Made by a program: the position numbers and the translations under genes. Below, piece after piece: positions 18,620-29,159 of a DNA stretch of 64,000 bases (within the stretch, counting starts at the first letter, position 1; each line of letters starts with the position of its first letter). The notes below the pieces were generated by a model. That model did not search any database and was not told the DNA's origin. It was given only the letters and a program-made list of their open reading frames with translations. This DNA is from a virus, in the IMG/VR virus record IMGVR_UViG_3300045988_039373, positions 22,795-86,794 of that record; one strand, given 5' to 3'.

Positions 18620-20537
18620 AATTACTTACATAATTACTTAATCTTATTTTTTTCTTTAGGTATTCCTTGAAGTTCTTCATGGCCACTGCCTGATAATCAA
18701 ATTTAACCCAATAATCATCTGGCACCTGAACTTCCTTGATTGTAATCTTGCCAGGTATGTACTTACCGGTAGATGTAGTAAGATTACCTTCACTGATAAT
18801 CATACCTTCGGCTTTTTCAAGTGGGTCTTTTGCAACTACTTCGGTATAGTAAGCTTTCTTCCGTATAAACTCATCTGCAGCTCTCCAGTCTTTTAATTGA
18901 CCATTCTTGTCCATGAAGTTCTCTACGAAGTATACTACCTCGTTATAGGTGAAGTCAAGTACCAATTCATTAGTATTACTCAAAGCCTTTTTATCTTTAC
19001 CCTTATCCGTCTTACTGTTTGCCTTAGCTTCATTGGCTACAATAGTTTGAGTAGATAAACCGGACTTAGCTGTAACTGAACCTGATTTACCAGCATTCTT
19101 AACTAATTCTAAATTAGTTACATAACCTTGACCTGCATCCATAGAGTGAGTACACTGTTTAATATACCAAGGTCCTGACCAACGTTTACCTACATTCTCA
19201 ATTATGATAATCTGAGATGATGCTAGAGAAGGTCTGCCCACTACTTGCATTTTACATACAATACGTTTCTCTGTATGCTTTAAACCGCCATTAGCATTAG
19301 CATTAGCTGCCCAAGCATATTTATCGGCTCCCCCATATCTACCAAATAGGTTATGATAAAGCTTATAGATGGGCACATCCATATTAGCCTTTTTCCAATG
19401 TTGTACTTTCACACTGATACTGTAAATTCCCAAGCTTTGATTAAGAGGGTTCTTATACTTGATAACTGGAGTGTCATCTATTACGATTGCATACGGGTCA
19501 TCTTTTAAAGCTTGTATACCTCGATTTACACTTGCCATGTCTTCAGATCCCCAAGCAGTAGCACCTCCCTTATTAGCATGTTGAGGGTCATAATCTCTTG
19601 GGTCTACATCTTCTACAGTCATGTAAGTCATTTGGTCTTCACCTTCAAATAGATACCTCTCATTCTTCAATATCTTATAAAGATTAGCCTCTAACTCTTT
19701 ACCTGTTTTTGAATTACGTAATGCTTGTTGTACGGCAGATTTACGGTCACTTGGTAAATTAGAAACTGCTTGATTGATGGATTCTTTTAGTTCAGTAAGG
19801 CTCATCTCATCTAGATGTTTCTGTTTACCATTCCTATAAGCTTCTGCAGGGTTAGCAGCATTGTATTCAGCTACGTCACTATTCCAATCGTAATTCAATT
19901 CTTTCTCTGCTGCAACCGCTGCTTTGAAATTCATATCATTAGCTAGAGCATGTTCTATCTGAATACTTCGTACTTTCCAAATATCTTCGGGATTATTCTC
20001 TGCCCCATATTTACCTACTGAAGTATGCCAATTTTTGTAGTATACACCATTTGCCTCATTGGGCATTACTTGAGGTAAGTTGTTATCTTCTGGTTCTTTT
20101 ATACCTGTAGTGACTACATTTAAGTCTTTAGTCTCTGGACTTACCAAAGGAGATAGAGTTGCCTTAACTCTTTTGGTAATGTTCTCCATGGCAAAAGATA
20201 CACTAAGTACCTCACCATTCTCACCTTGATAGGTATAAGTATGAACTGGTTCCTCATTGAACTTACGATTATGTATATAGATAACTCCATCCCTGGAATC
20301 TACATACCAAGGCCCATTAGTATAACCTTTCATCTTCTGTTCTAATTGAACCAAGATATTCTTACCCACCAAACCAAAGTCGCTATCAATTAAAGCCTTT
20401 AAATCCTCAGGCATAGCTACTTGAGCTACTCCACTAAACCGGTTAGCATAAAGCACCTTTCCAGTAGTAGTTCGAGTATTTTCTGTAGGCACTTGTAGTG
20501 ACTCATATACTTTATTACTTATTATCTGTTGTTCCAT
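18564..20537 (-). CDS. Baseplate hub / tail protein (gpD / Mu gp44 position)
   Basis: 657-aa ORF upstream of the spike gene. Call is by position only. Its basic C-terminal tail overlaps the spike gene start by 56 nt. Confidence 0.45.
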   Translation of the reverse strand: MEQQIISNKVYESLQVPTENTRTTTGKVLYANRFSGVAQVAMPEDLKALIDSDFGLVGKNILVQLEQKMKGYTNGPWYVDSRDGVIYIHNRKFNEEPVHTYTYQGENGEVLSVSFAMENITKRVKATLSPLVSPETKDLNVVTTGIKEPEDNNLPQVMPNEANGVYYKNWHTSVGKYGAENNPEDIWKVRSIQIEHALANDMNFKAAVAAEKELNYDWNSDVAEYNAANPAEAYRNGKQKHLDEMSLTELKESINQAVSNLPSDRKSAVQQALRNSKTGKELEANLYKILKNERYLFEGEDQMTYMTVEDVDPRDYDPQHANKGGATAWGSEDMASVNRGIQALKDDPYAIVIDDTPVIKYKNPLNQSLGIYSISVKVQHWKKANMDVPIYKLYHNLFGRYGGADKYAWAANANANGGLKHTEKRIVCKMQVVGRPSLASSQIIIIENVGKRWSGPWYIKQCTHSMDAGQGYVTNLELVKNAGKSGSVTAKSGLSTQTIVANEAKANSKTDKGKDKKALSNTNELVLDFTYNEVVYFVENFMDKNGQLKDWRAADEFIRKKAYYTEVVAKDPLEKAEGMIISEGNLTTSTGKYIPGKITIKEVQVPDDYWVKFDYQAVAMKNFKEYLKKKIRLSNYVSNYGIRNCKDNNRRRPRRPW

Positions 20538-21028
20538 TACTGAAAGATTTCTATGATTACACCAGTAGAATTATCACAACCATTGTCCAAGAAGGTAGAT
20601 AACTTATAACCTTCCATATCCGAAAAGTTATAAGCAGGCTGATACCTTAAATCACCTGTGGAATCAATGCACTTAATAGTTACATGAGTACCTGTAGAAT
20701 CAAAAGTAGCTTCGAAGTCCCTTACCTTGATTACCTTTATGGGACCAGATACGAATTGACCATCGGGATAAATATAACCCCACTGAAGGCAGATTACCTG
20801 ACCCTCTTGTAAAGCCTCGATATCTACGGTATCTGGATTGCCAGTATCAAAAGTGATGGTAGCCAAATTCTCTTTCTCTTCATCGTATTTATAATTCCAG
20901 GTACTTATATACGCTCCAAGAGGAATGCCCGTAAGAGGATTCTTAATAGGCATTCCTTTAAAATCGAAAAGGGCCAAATAAGGTTGGCCCATTCCATTAT
21001 ACAATATAGGTTTCTGTTTAGCCGGCAT
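20537..21028 (-). CDS. Tail/baseplate assembly protein (163 aa)
   Basis: ATG verified. Start and stop overlap the neighbouring genes. Call is by position. Confidence 0.45.
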   Translation of the reverse strand: MPAKQKPILYNGMGQPYLALFDFKGMPIKNPLTGIPLGAYISTWNYKYDEEKENLATITFDTGNPDTVDIEALQEGQVICLQWGYIYPDGQFVSGPIKVIKVRDFEATFDSTGTHVTIKCIDSTGDLRYQPAYNFSDMEGYKLSTFLDNGCDNSTGVIIEIFQ

Positions 21029-21308
21029 ACACTGGGATTTTTATAATGGTTCCACTTTCTAATTCCTTAAATGGATTGAGGATAGTATTTGCTTCAGCAA
21101 TTAGAAACCATTTACCAGAATCCCCATAATACCGATAAGCAATATTCTGCAAAGTCTCACCATCCTTAACGGTATGTTGAAGATCATCATTAGAAGAAGG
21201 TACTGATGTCTGTACTGCCTCTAAAGAATAATCTCCATCGCCATAGTTTAAAACATAGGCCTGGTTATAGGGACTTGCACCTTTTAAATATTGAGATGTA
21301 TCAATCAT
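21018..21308 (-). CDS. LysM-domain tail protein (gpX-like)
   Basis: Start re-set to the ATG at 21308. LysM motif HTVKDGETLQNIAYRYYGDSGKWFLIAEANTILNP. Confidence 0.75.
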   Translation of the reverse strand: MIDTSQYLKGASPYNQAYVLNYGDGDYSLEAVQTSVPSSNDDLQHTVKDGETLQNIAYRYYGDSGKWFLIAEANTILNPFKELESGTIIKIPVYAG

Positions 21309-22218
21309 ATTTAATGCCCTCCGTCTTCTTAAGTGAATCAGTATTAATAAAATCTCCATAGGATAAATTATAAGCACTTACTCTCTTGAAGATTAATTCC
21401 TGAGTTGCTGCTGCAGGCAATAACTTACCATTGCCAAATGTAGCAGGTTTACCTGGTACCCTTACTCTATAACCATTCTGAAAGTTCTTCAGAGTATAGG
21501 TTGCAGAGGTAAGGATATAATAATGATTTTCGAATATACCAGAATCTCCCCACTCGATTTGGATTATTGGAGGTGCTGCTTGATAACCGTTTGCCTTCGT
21601 CCAGGCTTCAAGTAATCTACATTTATTTATCACTTCCTCTGGGTTATCCAAAGTAGTTGAGAACCAAGATACATTAAATTGAATGATATCTTCAGCTCCC
21701 GTGAAATGATACATAGGTGTATTACGACCCATAGACTTAATAGTTGCCCAAGTAGTTTCTCCTCGAAAATCTAATTCGGGAGGTCGATTCTGTAAAGTAA
21801 TATATTGGGTTGGGTTAGCAGACATGTTATAAATCCGTACTTCGTTTTGATATCGGATGTCTGCCTTTACTTCGAAGTTTCTGTAGTTAGTGGTATTCTT
21901 ATTACCCTTTGCTGGGTCTACTCCTTCCCCTTCCTCCATCCTTGGAAATTGTAATTCCATTCTCCATTTTGCCTGGAGTTGTTTGTTCAGAGTTGGGTTC
22001 TTAGAAGATATCTGAGCTTCTCCGGGTACCCCATTAGGGTCATAGATTTTACCCTTGAGAGCACTATCTTTTGGAAGAGTAGAAGTAGCTCGGTTAAGTA
22101 ATATCCGAGCTCTCCAAAGTTTATTCAAAGGGCCAGTAAGAACACCTGCTGTATCTCGAGTAAGGTCATTGTATTTTTCAACAACTTTACCAGCTGCCTG
22201 TCCTAATATTCTAGCCAT
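21301..22218 (-). CDS. Tail protein downstream of the TMP (DNA-circulation / tube-initiator position)
   Basis: Position only, as in Mu-like gene order. Confidence 0.4.
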   Translation of the reverse strand: MARILGQAAGKVVEKYNDLTRDTAGVLTGPLNKLWRARILLNRATSTLPKDSALKGKIYDPNGVPGEAQISSKNPTLNKQLQAKWRMELQFPRMEEGEGVDPAKGNKNTTNYRNFEVKADIRYQNEVRIYNMSANPTQYITLQNRPPELDFRGETTWATIKSMGRNTPMYHFTGAEDIIQFNVSWFSTTLDNPEEVINKCRLLEAWTKANGYQAAPPIIQIEWGDSGIFENHYYILTSATYTLKNFQNGYRVRVPGKPATFGNGKLLPAAATQELIFKRVSAYNLSYGDFINTDSLKKTEGIKYD

Positions 22219-22229
22219 AATATTTTAGT

Positions 22230-24173
22230 TTATAATCCTAATACTACTCCAGTATAATCCTGTTGACTACCAAGGGAATAGTCACCCATAGATTGCCCAT
22301 CAATTGTAATACCAATCTTGCCCTCTTTTAAACCATCCCTGATGGCAGACTTCATGGCATTGATAAACCTTTCTTCATTCTGAGCTCTGATAGCTAAGGG
22401 GTCATCCTCCTTGTTATTCTGAGCATCGGTATTTTTATCTATCGAACTGATAAGTCTACCACCTACCTCGATTAATAGAGGTAAACCTATGCTAATGGCT
22501 AAACCCCAGGGTCCTCCTAAGAACCCCATAAATCTACCCATCATACCAGTTAAACCTTTAGCAGCAACCTGACCTGCTGCTCTACTACCAGCATTAGCAA
22601 CAGCTCCACCGACTGCCCCTCCCATAAGATTACCTGCCATAGTAGTTGCCATTGGTACACCTGGGTTAGGTGTTTTAACATATCTACCATTTGACATATT
22701 GTAGAACCTACCCTTGCTATTCATACCAATACCACTTGACATCATCTGGAGTTGAACCATAGTTCTCATAAGGTTAACCATGCTTACCATGTGAGCTTCC
22801 ATGATGGCAAATTGGGTATTGGTCTTTATAGCCGCAGCTGACATACCTTCGGTAGAAGCAGTAGCTATAGTTTGTAGGTAACCTATTGACCTTATGACGC
22901 CTCGTACAGTCCTAAAGCCTGCAACTATTGTACCTACTACTACACCTGTAGCAGCTACTCTTAAAGCAAAACTACCTCCCCAAGTTTCTGAAATAGAATT
23001 AACTATGCCCAGGAACTTAACTCCGAATTGGAGAACTGGAGTAAATACTCTACCCATTGCAGCACCTGCAGTTACCGTTAAGTTCTCAAGTGAGGATTCC
23101 CATCGGTCAATTACACCTGCATCGGTTTTAAGTCTTTCCTCATTCATCTGGTTAACTGCACCCATGTTCTTATTATAGGTAGCAAGTATCTGTCCCATTT
23201 TATCTCTACCAGAGGCAATGTCTCTAAGTACTGGGAGCATACCACGATTACCACGAACACCAAAGATATTGAAGAATGTTGGGGTTTCGACACGAGAAGG
23301 CATATCTGCTGCTGCCTTAGCAAACTTCTGATATACAGAGTACAGGTCAATAAGATTACCTTGAGCATCGAAGAAGTCATCTGGACTTAAGCCCATGTCT
23401 GCTAAAGCGTTATAGCCTTTCTTCTTTTGGTTAACAAGAGATAGTTGTAAGTAACGTATCATATTTGCCAGAGAGGTACCAGCCATAGAACCTTGTATAC
23501 CCATGTCTCCCAATACACCAATAGCCGCAGCAGTTTGCCTAAGGTCTACACCAGCAGTTGCCATATCTGCTCCCGCATAAGATATGGACTGAGCTAAGTC
23601 CTGTAAAGATATATTTGCATTAGTAACTGCAGTATATAAATCATCGGTTACTCTAGCGGCTTCAGTCATTGGGATTTGGTACATTGACATGATATTAGTC
23701 ATCAAGTCAGCTACACCACCTTTACCTCCCACTGGCATTGTAAAGATTGAAGCCAGCTTAGAAGCCGGCCCAATCATTTCCTTAATAGCATCGAATTTAT
23801 TACCTGCCATAGCCAGGTATCTTTGTCCTGATGCAACATCCGAAGCAGTAAGAGGTGTCATAGCATTGACATCTTTTGCCAATTGTAACATCTCCTTCTG
23901 TTCTGCAATGGTAGCACCAGCAATCTTCGAAGCAGTCCAAACTTCATTTTGAACACCTGCAGAGTATTTATAGGCCCTGGCCATTCCCCCTACGAGCTGC
24001 ATTCCGAAGTCTAGTGAATTAGAAGCTGACATCTGAATACCTCGGTTCCAGGTATTCATATCGTTCATCATAGTTCTAAATGAACCAGATATCTTACCAG
24101 CTTCCTGAGAGAATCGGTCTCTTAAAACCATGGCAACACCGACCTCTATTACACTCCTACTGGCATTTATCAT
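22230..24173 (-). CDS. Tape measure protein
   Basis: 647 aa, rich in Gly/Ala/Met with hydrophobic segments. Lies between the chaperone and the baseplate genes. Confidence 0.85.
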   Translation of the reverse strand: MINASRSVIEVGVAMVLRDRFSQEAGKISGSFRTMMNDMNTWNRGIQMSASNSLDFGMQLVGGMARAYKYSAGVQNEVWTASKIAGATIAEQKEMLQLAKDVNAMTPLTASDVASGQRYLAMAGNKFDAIKEMIGPASKLASIFTMPVGGKGGVADLMTNIMSMYQIPMTEAARVTDDLYTAVTNANISLQDLAQSISYAGADMATAGVDLRQTAAAIGVLGDMGIQGSMAGTSLANMIRYLQLSLVNQKKKGYNALADMGLSPDDFFDAQGNLIDLYSVYQKFAKAAADMPSRVETPTFFNIFGVRGNRGMLPVLRDIASGRDKMGQILATYNKNMGAVNQMNEERLKTDAGVIDRWESSLENLTVTAGAAMGRVFTPVLQFGVKFLGIVNSISETWGGSFALRVAATGVVVGTIVAGFRTVRGVIRSIGYLQTIATASTEGMSAAAIKTNTQFAIMEAHMVSMVNLMRTMVQLQMMSSGIGMNSKGRFYNMSNGRYVKTPNPGVPMATTMAGNLMGGAVGGAVANAGSRAAGQVAAKGLTGMMGRFMGFLGGPWGLAISIGLPLLIEVGGRLISSIDKNTDAQNNKEDDPLAIRAQNEERFINAMKSAIRDGLKEGKIGITIDGQSMGDYSLGSQQDYTGVVLGL

Positions 24174-25074
24174 TTCGTTTTCTTTTTAATCTGTTTATAA
24201 TATTGCTCGGCCATATCCTTAAATATTTTTCTTATCCTATACGGAAGACGTAAAAAGCCGAAATAATCTAAGGTTATCTCGGCTCTAGTGATATAAACAA
24301 AATCACTTTCTAAACTTACTCTTCCGTCAGGTAGAAAAAATTAGGTGCCCAAGCTATAGGATAGTTTCTTTCTTCCCCAGTCTCAGGATGGGTGATATGA
24401 GAATCCCCTTTGAATACTGGGTCTATAGATAGGATATACTTTCTCATCTCAGCCATATCCTTTGCACTGAATGGTGTAAAGTTTGATACCTTCTCCCAGT
24501 TGCCATCTACATTCAAGTAAAGATTACGACAAAGGAGAGGAGCATTCTTTGTTTGTTTTTCCATAGGCAAAGCCATGAACATCTGTTCTCCTTTACCAGT
24601 CATACAGTCGAATTTGATAAGCTTACCTGAAGAGAGAGTGTACTCATGGTCCGTAAGTTTTTTACCTTCCGGGTAGAAAGGAATGGCATCCGGTTTTTCC
24701 TTGAGCTCTTCTTCAGAAGGTACCTGACCGTAATCAAAAAGATATTCGTGAAGATCTTGGCCATACATAACCTTCCCTCCTTCTTTTCCCCAATCATATT
24801 CAAATTCTACTTCGTCTCCCAAAGAGAAGATTCGAGAATTGAAGATAATACAGTACCGGTCATTAACTGGTAAGTTAAGTGCATCCTCAATGGTTAACTT
24901 CCCACTGGGTGTTGCATCTGTATCTACTACGATTGCTGCAATGAACTTGGTAAGGTTCATCAAAGTTTTCATGTCTGAAAGGTTACTGAGAATATCTTCA
25001 TCAGCACCATTCTGTTCTCTAATCTGGTATTTATAACCAGACGGTCCGATAAATCCAAATGTTCTAAATTCCAT
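24170..25074 (-). CDS. Tail assembly chaperone, predicted -1 frameshift fusion product (lambda G-T analogue)
   Basis: After T_TTT_TTC the -1 frame is open for 54 codons (LPDGRVSLESDFVYITRAEITLDYFGFLRLPYRIRKIFKDMAEQYYKQIKKKTK). It stops at a TGA (24172-24170) that overlaps the TMP ATG (24173-24171). I checked this nucleotide by nucleotide. Confidence 0.65.
24316..25074 (-). CDS. Tail assembly chaperone (0-frame product)
   Basis: Lies between the tube gene and the TMP. Ends ...PNFFYLTEE, with a slippery heptamer 5 codons before its stop. Confidence 0.65.
   Translation of the reverse strand: MEFRTFGFIGPSGYKYQIREQNGADEDILSNLSDMKTLMNLTKFIAAIVVDTDATPSGKLTIEDALNLPVNDRYCIIFNSRIFSLGDEVEFEYDWGKEGGKVMYGQDLHEYLFDYGQVPSEEELKEKPDAIPFYPEGKKLTDHEYTLSSGKLIKFDCMTGKGEQMFMALPMEKQTKNAPLLCRNLYLNVDGNWEKVSNFTPFSAKDMAEMRKYILSIDPVFKGDSHITHPETGEERNYPIAWAPNFFYLTEE
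24334..24340 (-). promoter_or_regulatory. Slippery heptanucleotide T_TTT_TTC (programmed -1 ribosomal frameshift site)
   Basis: The minus strand reads AAT TTT TTC TAC CTG ACG GAA GAG TAA. It fits the X_XXY_YYZ pattern in the 0 frame. Confidence 0.65.
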
Positions 25075-25129
25075 GTTAATTACTTTTTATGTTTACAAAT
25101 GTTCATAGTATTCCCTATAACAACAAGAA

Positions 25130-25165
25130 AGGGGTGAGACATCCTATCTCAGGAATCCCACCCCT
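25130..25165 (-). terminator. Hairpin with a T-rich tail after the tail tube gene
   Basis: The minus strand reads AGGGGTGGGA...TCTCACCCCT followed by TTCTTGTTG. The stem has one mismatch. Confidence 0.55.
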
Positions 25166-25197
25166 CCACCGAATCTTAGTGAAAATAGACTAAGGAA

Positions 25198-25662
25198 TTA
25201 GTATTTATCTGCAGTACCAACTGAGAACTCAATGGACTCAATGGTATTCTCTGAAGCCATTCTGTCCAAGTCTAAGCCAGTAACTTTACAGGGCCAAACC
25301 TCTTCGAAGATATGGGTGTTAAGAACTGAGACTCCGTCTTCAGCAAGTTCATTTACGATTGCAGTTTCCCATATCTGAGCAGGAGGTAATCCCCCACCGG
25401 CAATCATATCTTGGCAAGCATAGAGCCAATCATGAAGCCAGGTATCTGAACCTGCAGTAGTCATAAGTTTCTCTACGATAAGATTACCAACTGAAACCCT
25501 ACCTGGAGTTTTAACGTCTCTATTGACATCCCCATGAGCAACCTGGTCAATCTCTACATCTGGCAAAGTACAAGTTTGGAACAGATAAGTATTGATAGGG
25601 TGCTTGGGGAACATGATACTCCACAAGAACTTCTTCCGTGGATTTTTTACTTTTGCTCCCAT
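25198..25662 (-). CDS. Tail tube protein (T4 gp19-like)
   Basis: 154 aa, immediately downstream of the sheath gene. KFLWSIMFPKHPINTYLFQTCTLPDVEIDQV resembles the gp19-family N-terminus. Confidence 0.7.
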   Translation of the reverse strand: MGAKVKNPRKKFLWSIMFPKHPINTYLFQTCTLPDVEIDQVAHGDVNRDVKTPGRVSVGNLIVEKLMTTAGSDTWLHDWLYACQDMIAGGGLPPAQIWETAIVNELAEDGVSVLNTHIFEEVWPCKVTGLDLDRMASENTIESIEFSVGTADKY

Positions 25663-25674
25663 CGTTATAATTGT

Positions 25675-27447
25675 TTAAGCGTTATTACTTGATTCCACAA
25701 TTGATACAGACTTGGAAGCTGCATCAATTACAATCTCCATAGTTACCTCTTGCATAGGAACTACATCCTTATATTTAAGGATAGCACGGTACTTACCTTG
25801 ACGAGCATCTGCCTCGTTGTTAACTGAGAGATCATCCCAAGAGGTTGCATCTTGGTCACCCATCCAGGTATATTCTGTCATGGCATCTTCATCTACCAGA
25901 GAGTCTAGTGTAGGTTTAACCTCCAACCAAATTCTCTTCCAAGTACTCCAAACATTAGGCTCTTCAATGTACTTGTTAAGTACAGGGCGAAGAAACTTCT
26001 TCAGATACAAGTTCAGTCTTACGATTGAAAGGAATCGTTCTGAATCTTGTTTTACCTGAGAAGAGAAGCAATGCCAAAGCATGGTTTGTTTGCCTGCATC
26101 TGGAGTATCCTTGATTACCATTTCATTGATGCAATTCTGGGCCAGAGTATTCAATTCTGAATACCGAGAAGGAGAACCATAGTTCGGGCATACTGGTCCA
26201 ACGGCATCCCCAATAACTCCTCGGTTCATACCTGCAAAGGATTTCCAGGGTCCGTATTGAGTAGCAGAAGCATCTCCCAAACCTGCAATGGTACCTACTA
26301 CATCGGAATCCTGAAGATTACCTTTTTCATTGTAGTACTTAAGTCCACCACCGAAGTAGGCAATGTACTTAGAGTTACCTACAGTGCCCAAGCAAGTCTG
26401 TACCCAAGTTACCTGAGCTTTGTAGTCTCTGGCCTGAGTACCCTGAGTATAATGGGTAAGATGTTTCGGAACTTCGATATAGAGTACCCATTCCATCAAT
26501 TCCTTTGCCATATCTGCAGCAGCCTTGTATACCTTGAGTACATCTGCATCAGCAGTAAGGTGTTGAGAAATATGGGAAATGAATAACTGATAGAAATCAG
26601 TGTAATCCTTTACGAAGTCCAGAGAAGCAACCCATTCTTCGGCAGTAGGTGTAGAACCTGCAGAACCGATAGTACCGGTGAACTTCTTTTCATCTTCGGT
26701 AGGAGCAGCACCACCTACGGTTAATGTGATGGCATTCTTAGTACCATCTACATTATCAGTAAGCCATTTGATAAGGTTCTCGAAAGAAGAACCAGCAACT
26801 ACTACCGGCTTAATATATTCTGAATTCTTAGCAAATGCACTAAGAGCCAGGTAATCTACCGAAGTATCATTGTTTTCATCTGCAGTTTTGTAAGTGATTA
26901 CTGGACCTTGTTCAAGTACCTGCCCATTGCCAGAATAGATTTTGTAATACAGGGTGTTAGCCTGTTTGTAGAAACCTACCTGGAAACTATCGGTACTACC
27001 GATTGGGTCTCCATAGCCTTTGGTTACTAAGCCTAAGCTATAGGTAGTCCCACTTGAGGTAATTGTGATGAGTGCTGCAGGTGTAGCCGGGTCTGGAGTA
27101 GCAGAAGCCGGTACTATACCTTCCTCTTCAGATTTAGCAGCAGCCTTTGTTTTACTTGCTGCAGTTGCAGCCACTGTACCCTGGGTAGCTCCCTTACCAA
27201 GTACTCGAATAACACGAAGCTTAGAACCACCTGTCAAGGCTTTTTCGATATTTGATACAGAACCATCGGGAACAATCTCAGAACCATAAATCCTTTGGAA
27301 CTGAGAGAAAGTAGAGATGATTTCTGAGGGGTCATCGTATGGGCCCTTAGTAGTTCTAGCCAATACACAAGAAACTCCTAACATAGGAGTAGTTTGAAGA
27401 ACATTGTTGTTCTTAAACTTAAAATCTACATGAGGTGAAGTTGGCAT
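25675..27447 (-). CDS. Contractile tail sheath protein
   Basis: 590 aa, upstream of the tube gene. An Ala/Thr-rich insertion sits in an otherwise sheath-like arrangement. Confidence 0.75.
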   Translation of the reverse strand: MPTSPHVDFKFKNNNVLQTTPMLGVSCVLARTTKGPYDDPSEIISTFSQFQRIYGSEIVPDGSVSNIEKALTGGSKLRVIRVLGKGATQGTVAATAASKTKAAAKSEEEGIVPASATPDPATPAALITITSSGTTYSLGLVTKGYGDPIGSTDSFQVGFYKQANTLYYKIYSGNGQVLEQGPVITYKTADENNDTSVDYLALSAFAKNSEYIKPVVVAGSSFENLIKWLTDNVDGTKNAITLTVGGAAPTEDEKKFTGTIGSAGSTPTAEEWVASLDFVKDYTDFYQLFISHISQHLTADADVLKVYKAAADMAKELMEWVLYIEVPKHLTHYTQGTQARDYKAQVTWVQTCLGTVGNSKYIAYFGGGLKYYNEKGNLQDSDVVGTIAGLGDASATQYGPWKSFAGMNRGVIGDAVGPVCPNYGSPSRYSELNTLAQNCINEMVIKDTPDAGKQTMLWHCFSSQVKQDSERFLSIVRLNLYLKKFLRPVLNKYIEEPNVWSTWKRIWLEVKPTLDSLVDEDAMTEYTWMGDQDATSWDDLSVNNEADARQGKYRAILKYKDVVPMQEVTMEIVIDAASKSVSIVESSNNA

Positions 27448-27504
27448 AATTCTATTGTGATTAAAGTTAATTACTCGTTTAATTTATACCCTAGAGTATT
27501 GTAC

Positions 27505-28209
27505 CTATTCCTTAGGTATCTTCAACTCTAGCATTTCATTTTCGTTTTGTTCGAACAATCCAATGAGAGCAGTAATATCTTTGATAGGTGTAAGTGTACC
27601 TTCTTCCAAAAGCTTTTCTGGGAGAATACCATCTTTACATACGTAGGTATATACCTTCTCAAGTATACCATGTTCTACATCGGGATGATCATAATAATTA
27701 CCAATTTCAATGAATAGGTTTCCGGTTGGGTCAAGCCTGCCCTTGCTCCATTCCTCTAAGTCATTAAAGTATGGTCTTACATATCCTCTAGCAGGTAAGC
27801 CAGTATATAAGATTGTATGCAATAATCTCATATCTGCTTGTGTTTGAGAAACGAGGTGTATATCAACTGTGATATCTTTAGTTTCATAGGGAAACTCTGA
27901 AGCTTGGTAATTACCATCTTCTAACTTATCACCGATGATATATTTGTTCACTCCAATATCACCAGCATAATAACCTTGCAGTTCGATTGTTATTCTGGGA
28001 AGAGTCTTAGGTCCTTTTACTTGATTATTCCCTATACCAAACAAAGGTATAAACTTAGGCATACCCTTGATAGCCTCTGCGAAACGTTTTTCGTTTTCTT
28101 GAGACAAAGGTAAGAAGTCTTCGGGATTTAAGGTAAGACCCATTTCTAGCATTGTGCTGAGGAGACATATATAGAATGTTCTCTCAACTACTTCTTCTGA
28201 ATTTACCAT
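27505..28209 (-). CDS. Neck/tail-terminator region protein (234 aa)
   Basis: Position only. Confidence 0.45.
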   Translation of the reverse strand: MVNSEEVVERTFYICLLSTMLEMGLTLNPEDFLPLSQENEKRFAEAIKGMPKFIPLFGIGNNQVKGPKTLPRITIELQGYYAGDIGVNKYIIGDKLEDGNYQASEFPYETKDITVDIHLVSQTQADMRLLHTILYTGLPARGYVRPYFNDLEEWSKGRLDPTGNLFIEIGNYYDHPDVEHGILEKVYTYVCKDGILPEKLLEEGTLTPIKDITALIGLFEQNENEMLELKIPKE

Positions 28210-28211
28210 AA

Positions 28212-29159
28212 TTAAGCTTGGTCAGGGATAACTCTAAGTCCTTCATCTGCATTTGCCCAATTTACTTGGCCATCCCCTACTTGTATTTGAGCATCGACTA
28301 CTAGAGTGTATAAAATTCCAAAAAACCTACAGTCATAATGAACAGTACAGGTTAATTCATCAACACTGGTAGTTGCTGCTGCAGGATAATTCGTAAACCA
28401 TAGTTTCCAAGGAATGGGTTCTCCACTTGGATTTGGGATATTACCATTAACTGTTTCCCCAATCTTGGGTACTCTGAAGGGCCTAATAAACGTAGCTACC
28501 TCTTCCCCATTTATAGTGTACACTATGTAACCTCTAAAGGTAGCAGTCTTCACAGCAGGATTATTTGCTGCAGAGTGACCCAATCCTGCCACTGGCCTAA
28601 TTTCATAAGTAACTACTTTAACACTTGGAGATTGGGTTATATTAAGGGCTTTCTCAAATTTTTCGCTTTGAATTAGCTTAACTACTCCGGTTCTTTCGAT
28701 AGGGTCATAAGTACCTGACTGATACTCACTATTTCTTGATAGAGTTTTGATAATAGCTTTTCCTGGGTTATTACCTTCCCCTACTTCTTGAGTTACCTCT
28801 AACCAATCTACCGTAGTTTCGATTTTCCAATCTACTGCCCGATATTCATCCTGGGGTACATTGTTGAGGAACTTTTGTTGATAGCTATATACTTCTATCT
28901 CTAAAGTCTCACCTTTTTTAGTACCATCAAAGGTATGAGTAGTTACGTCTGGAGAAATACTCCAATAAGTATTCCAGGATTCTGCAGGAGTAGTATTGGC
29001 TTTCTGAACCAAGGTTACTTCTCTTTCTACGCCCTGTACTACTACCTTGAGAATCTGTTCTTTGATATTATCTCGGTCTTCATTTATTGCCTTCGGTTTT
29101 ACACGAATAGTGGCAGTACCTGTTCCGGATAATGCGGATATTTCAAAATCTGCTGCCAT
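28212..29159 (-). CDS. Virion protein with BACON/Ig-like modules
   Basis: Module ends REVTLVQKAN and ERTGVVKLIQSEKFEKALNITQSPS, and a W-containing start TVDWLEVTQ. This is BACON-like. Confidence 0.5.
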   Translation of the reverse strand: MAADFEISALSGTGTATIRVKPKAINEDRDNIKEQILKVVVQGVEREVTLVQKANTTPAESWNTYWSISPDVTTHTFDGTKKGETLEIEVYSYQQKFLNNVPQDEYRAVDWKIETTVDWLEVTQEVGEGNNPGKAIIKTLSRNSEYQSGTYDPIERTGVVKLIQSEKFEKALNITQSPSVKVVTYEIRPVAGLGHSAANNPAVKTATFRGYIVYTINGEEVATFIRPFRVPKIGETVNGNIPNPSGEPIPWKLWFTNYPAAATTSVDELTCTVHYDCRFFGILYTLVVDAQIQVGDGQVNWANADEGLRVIPDQA

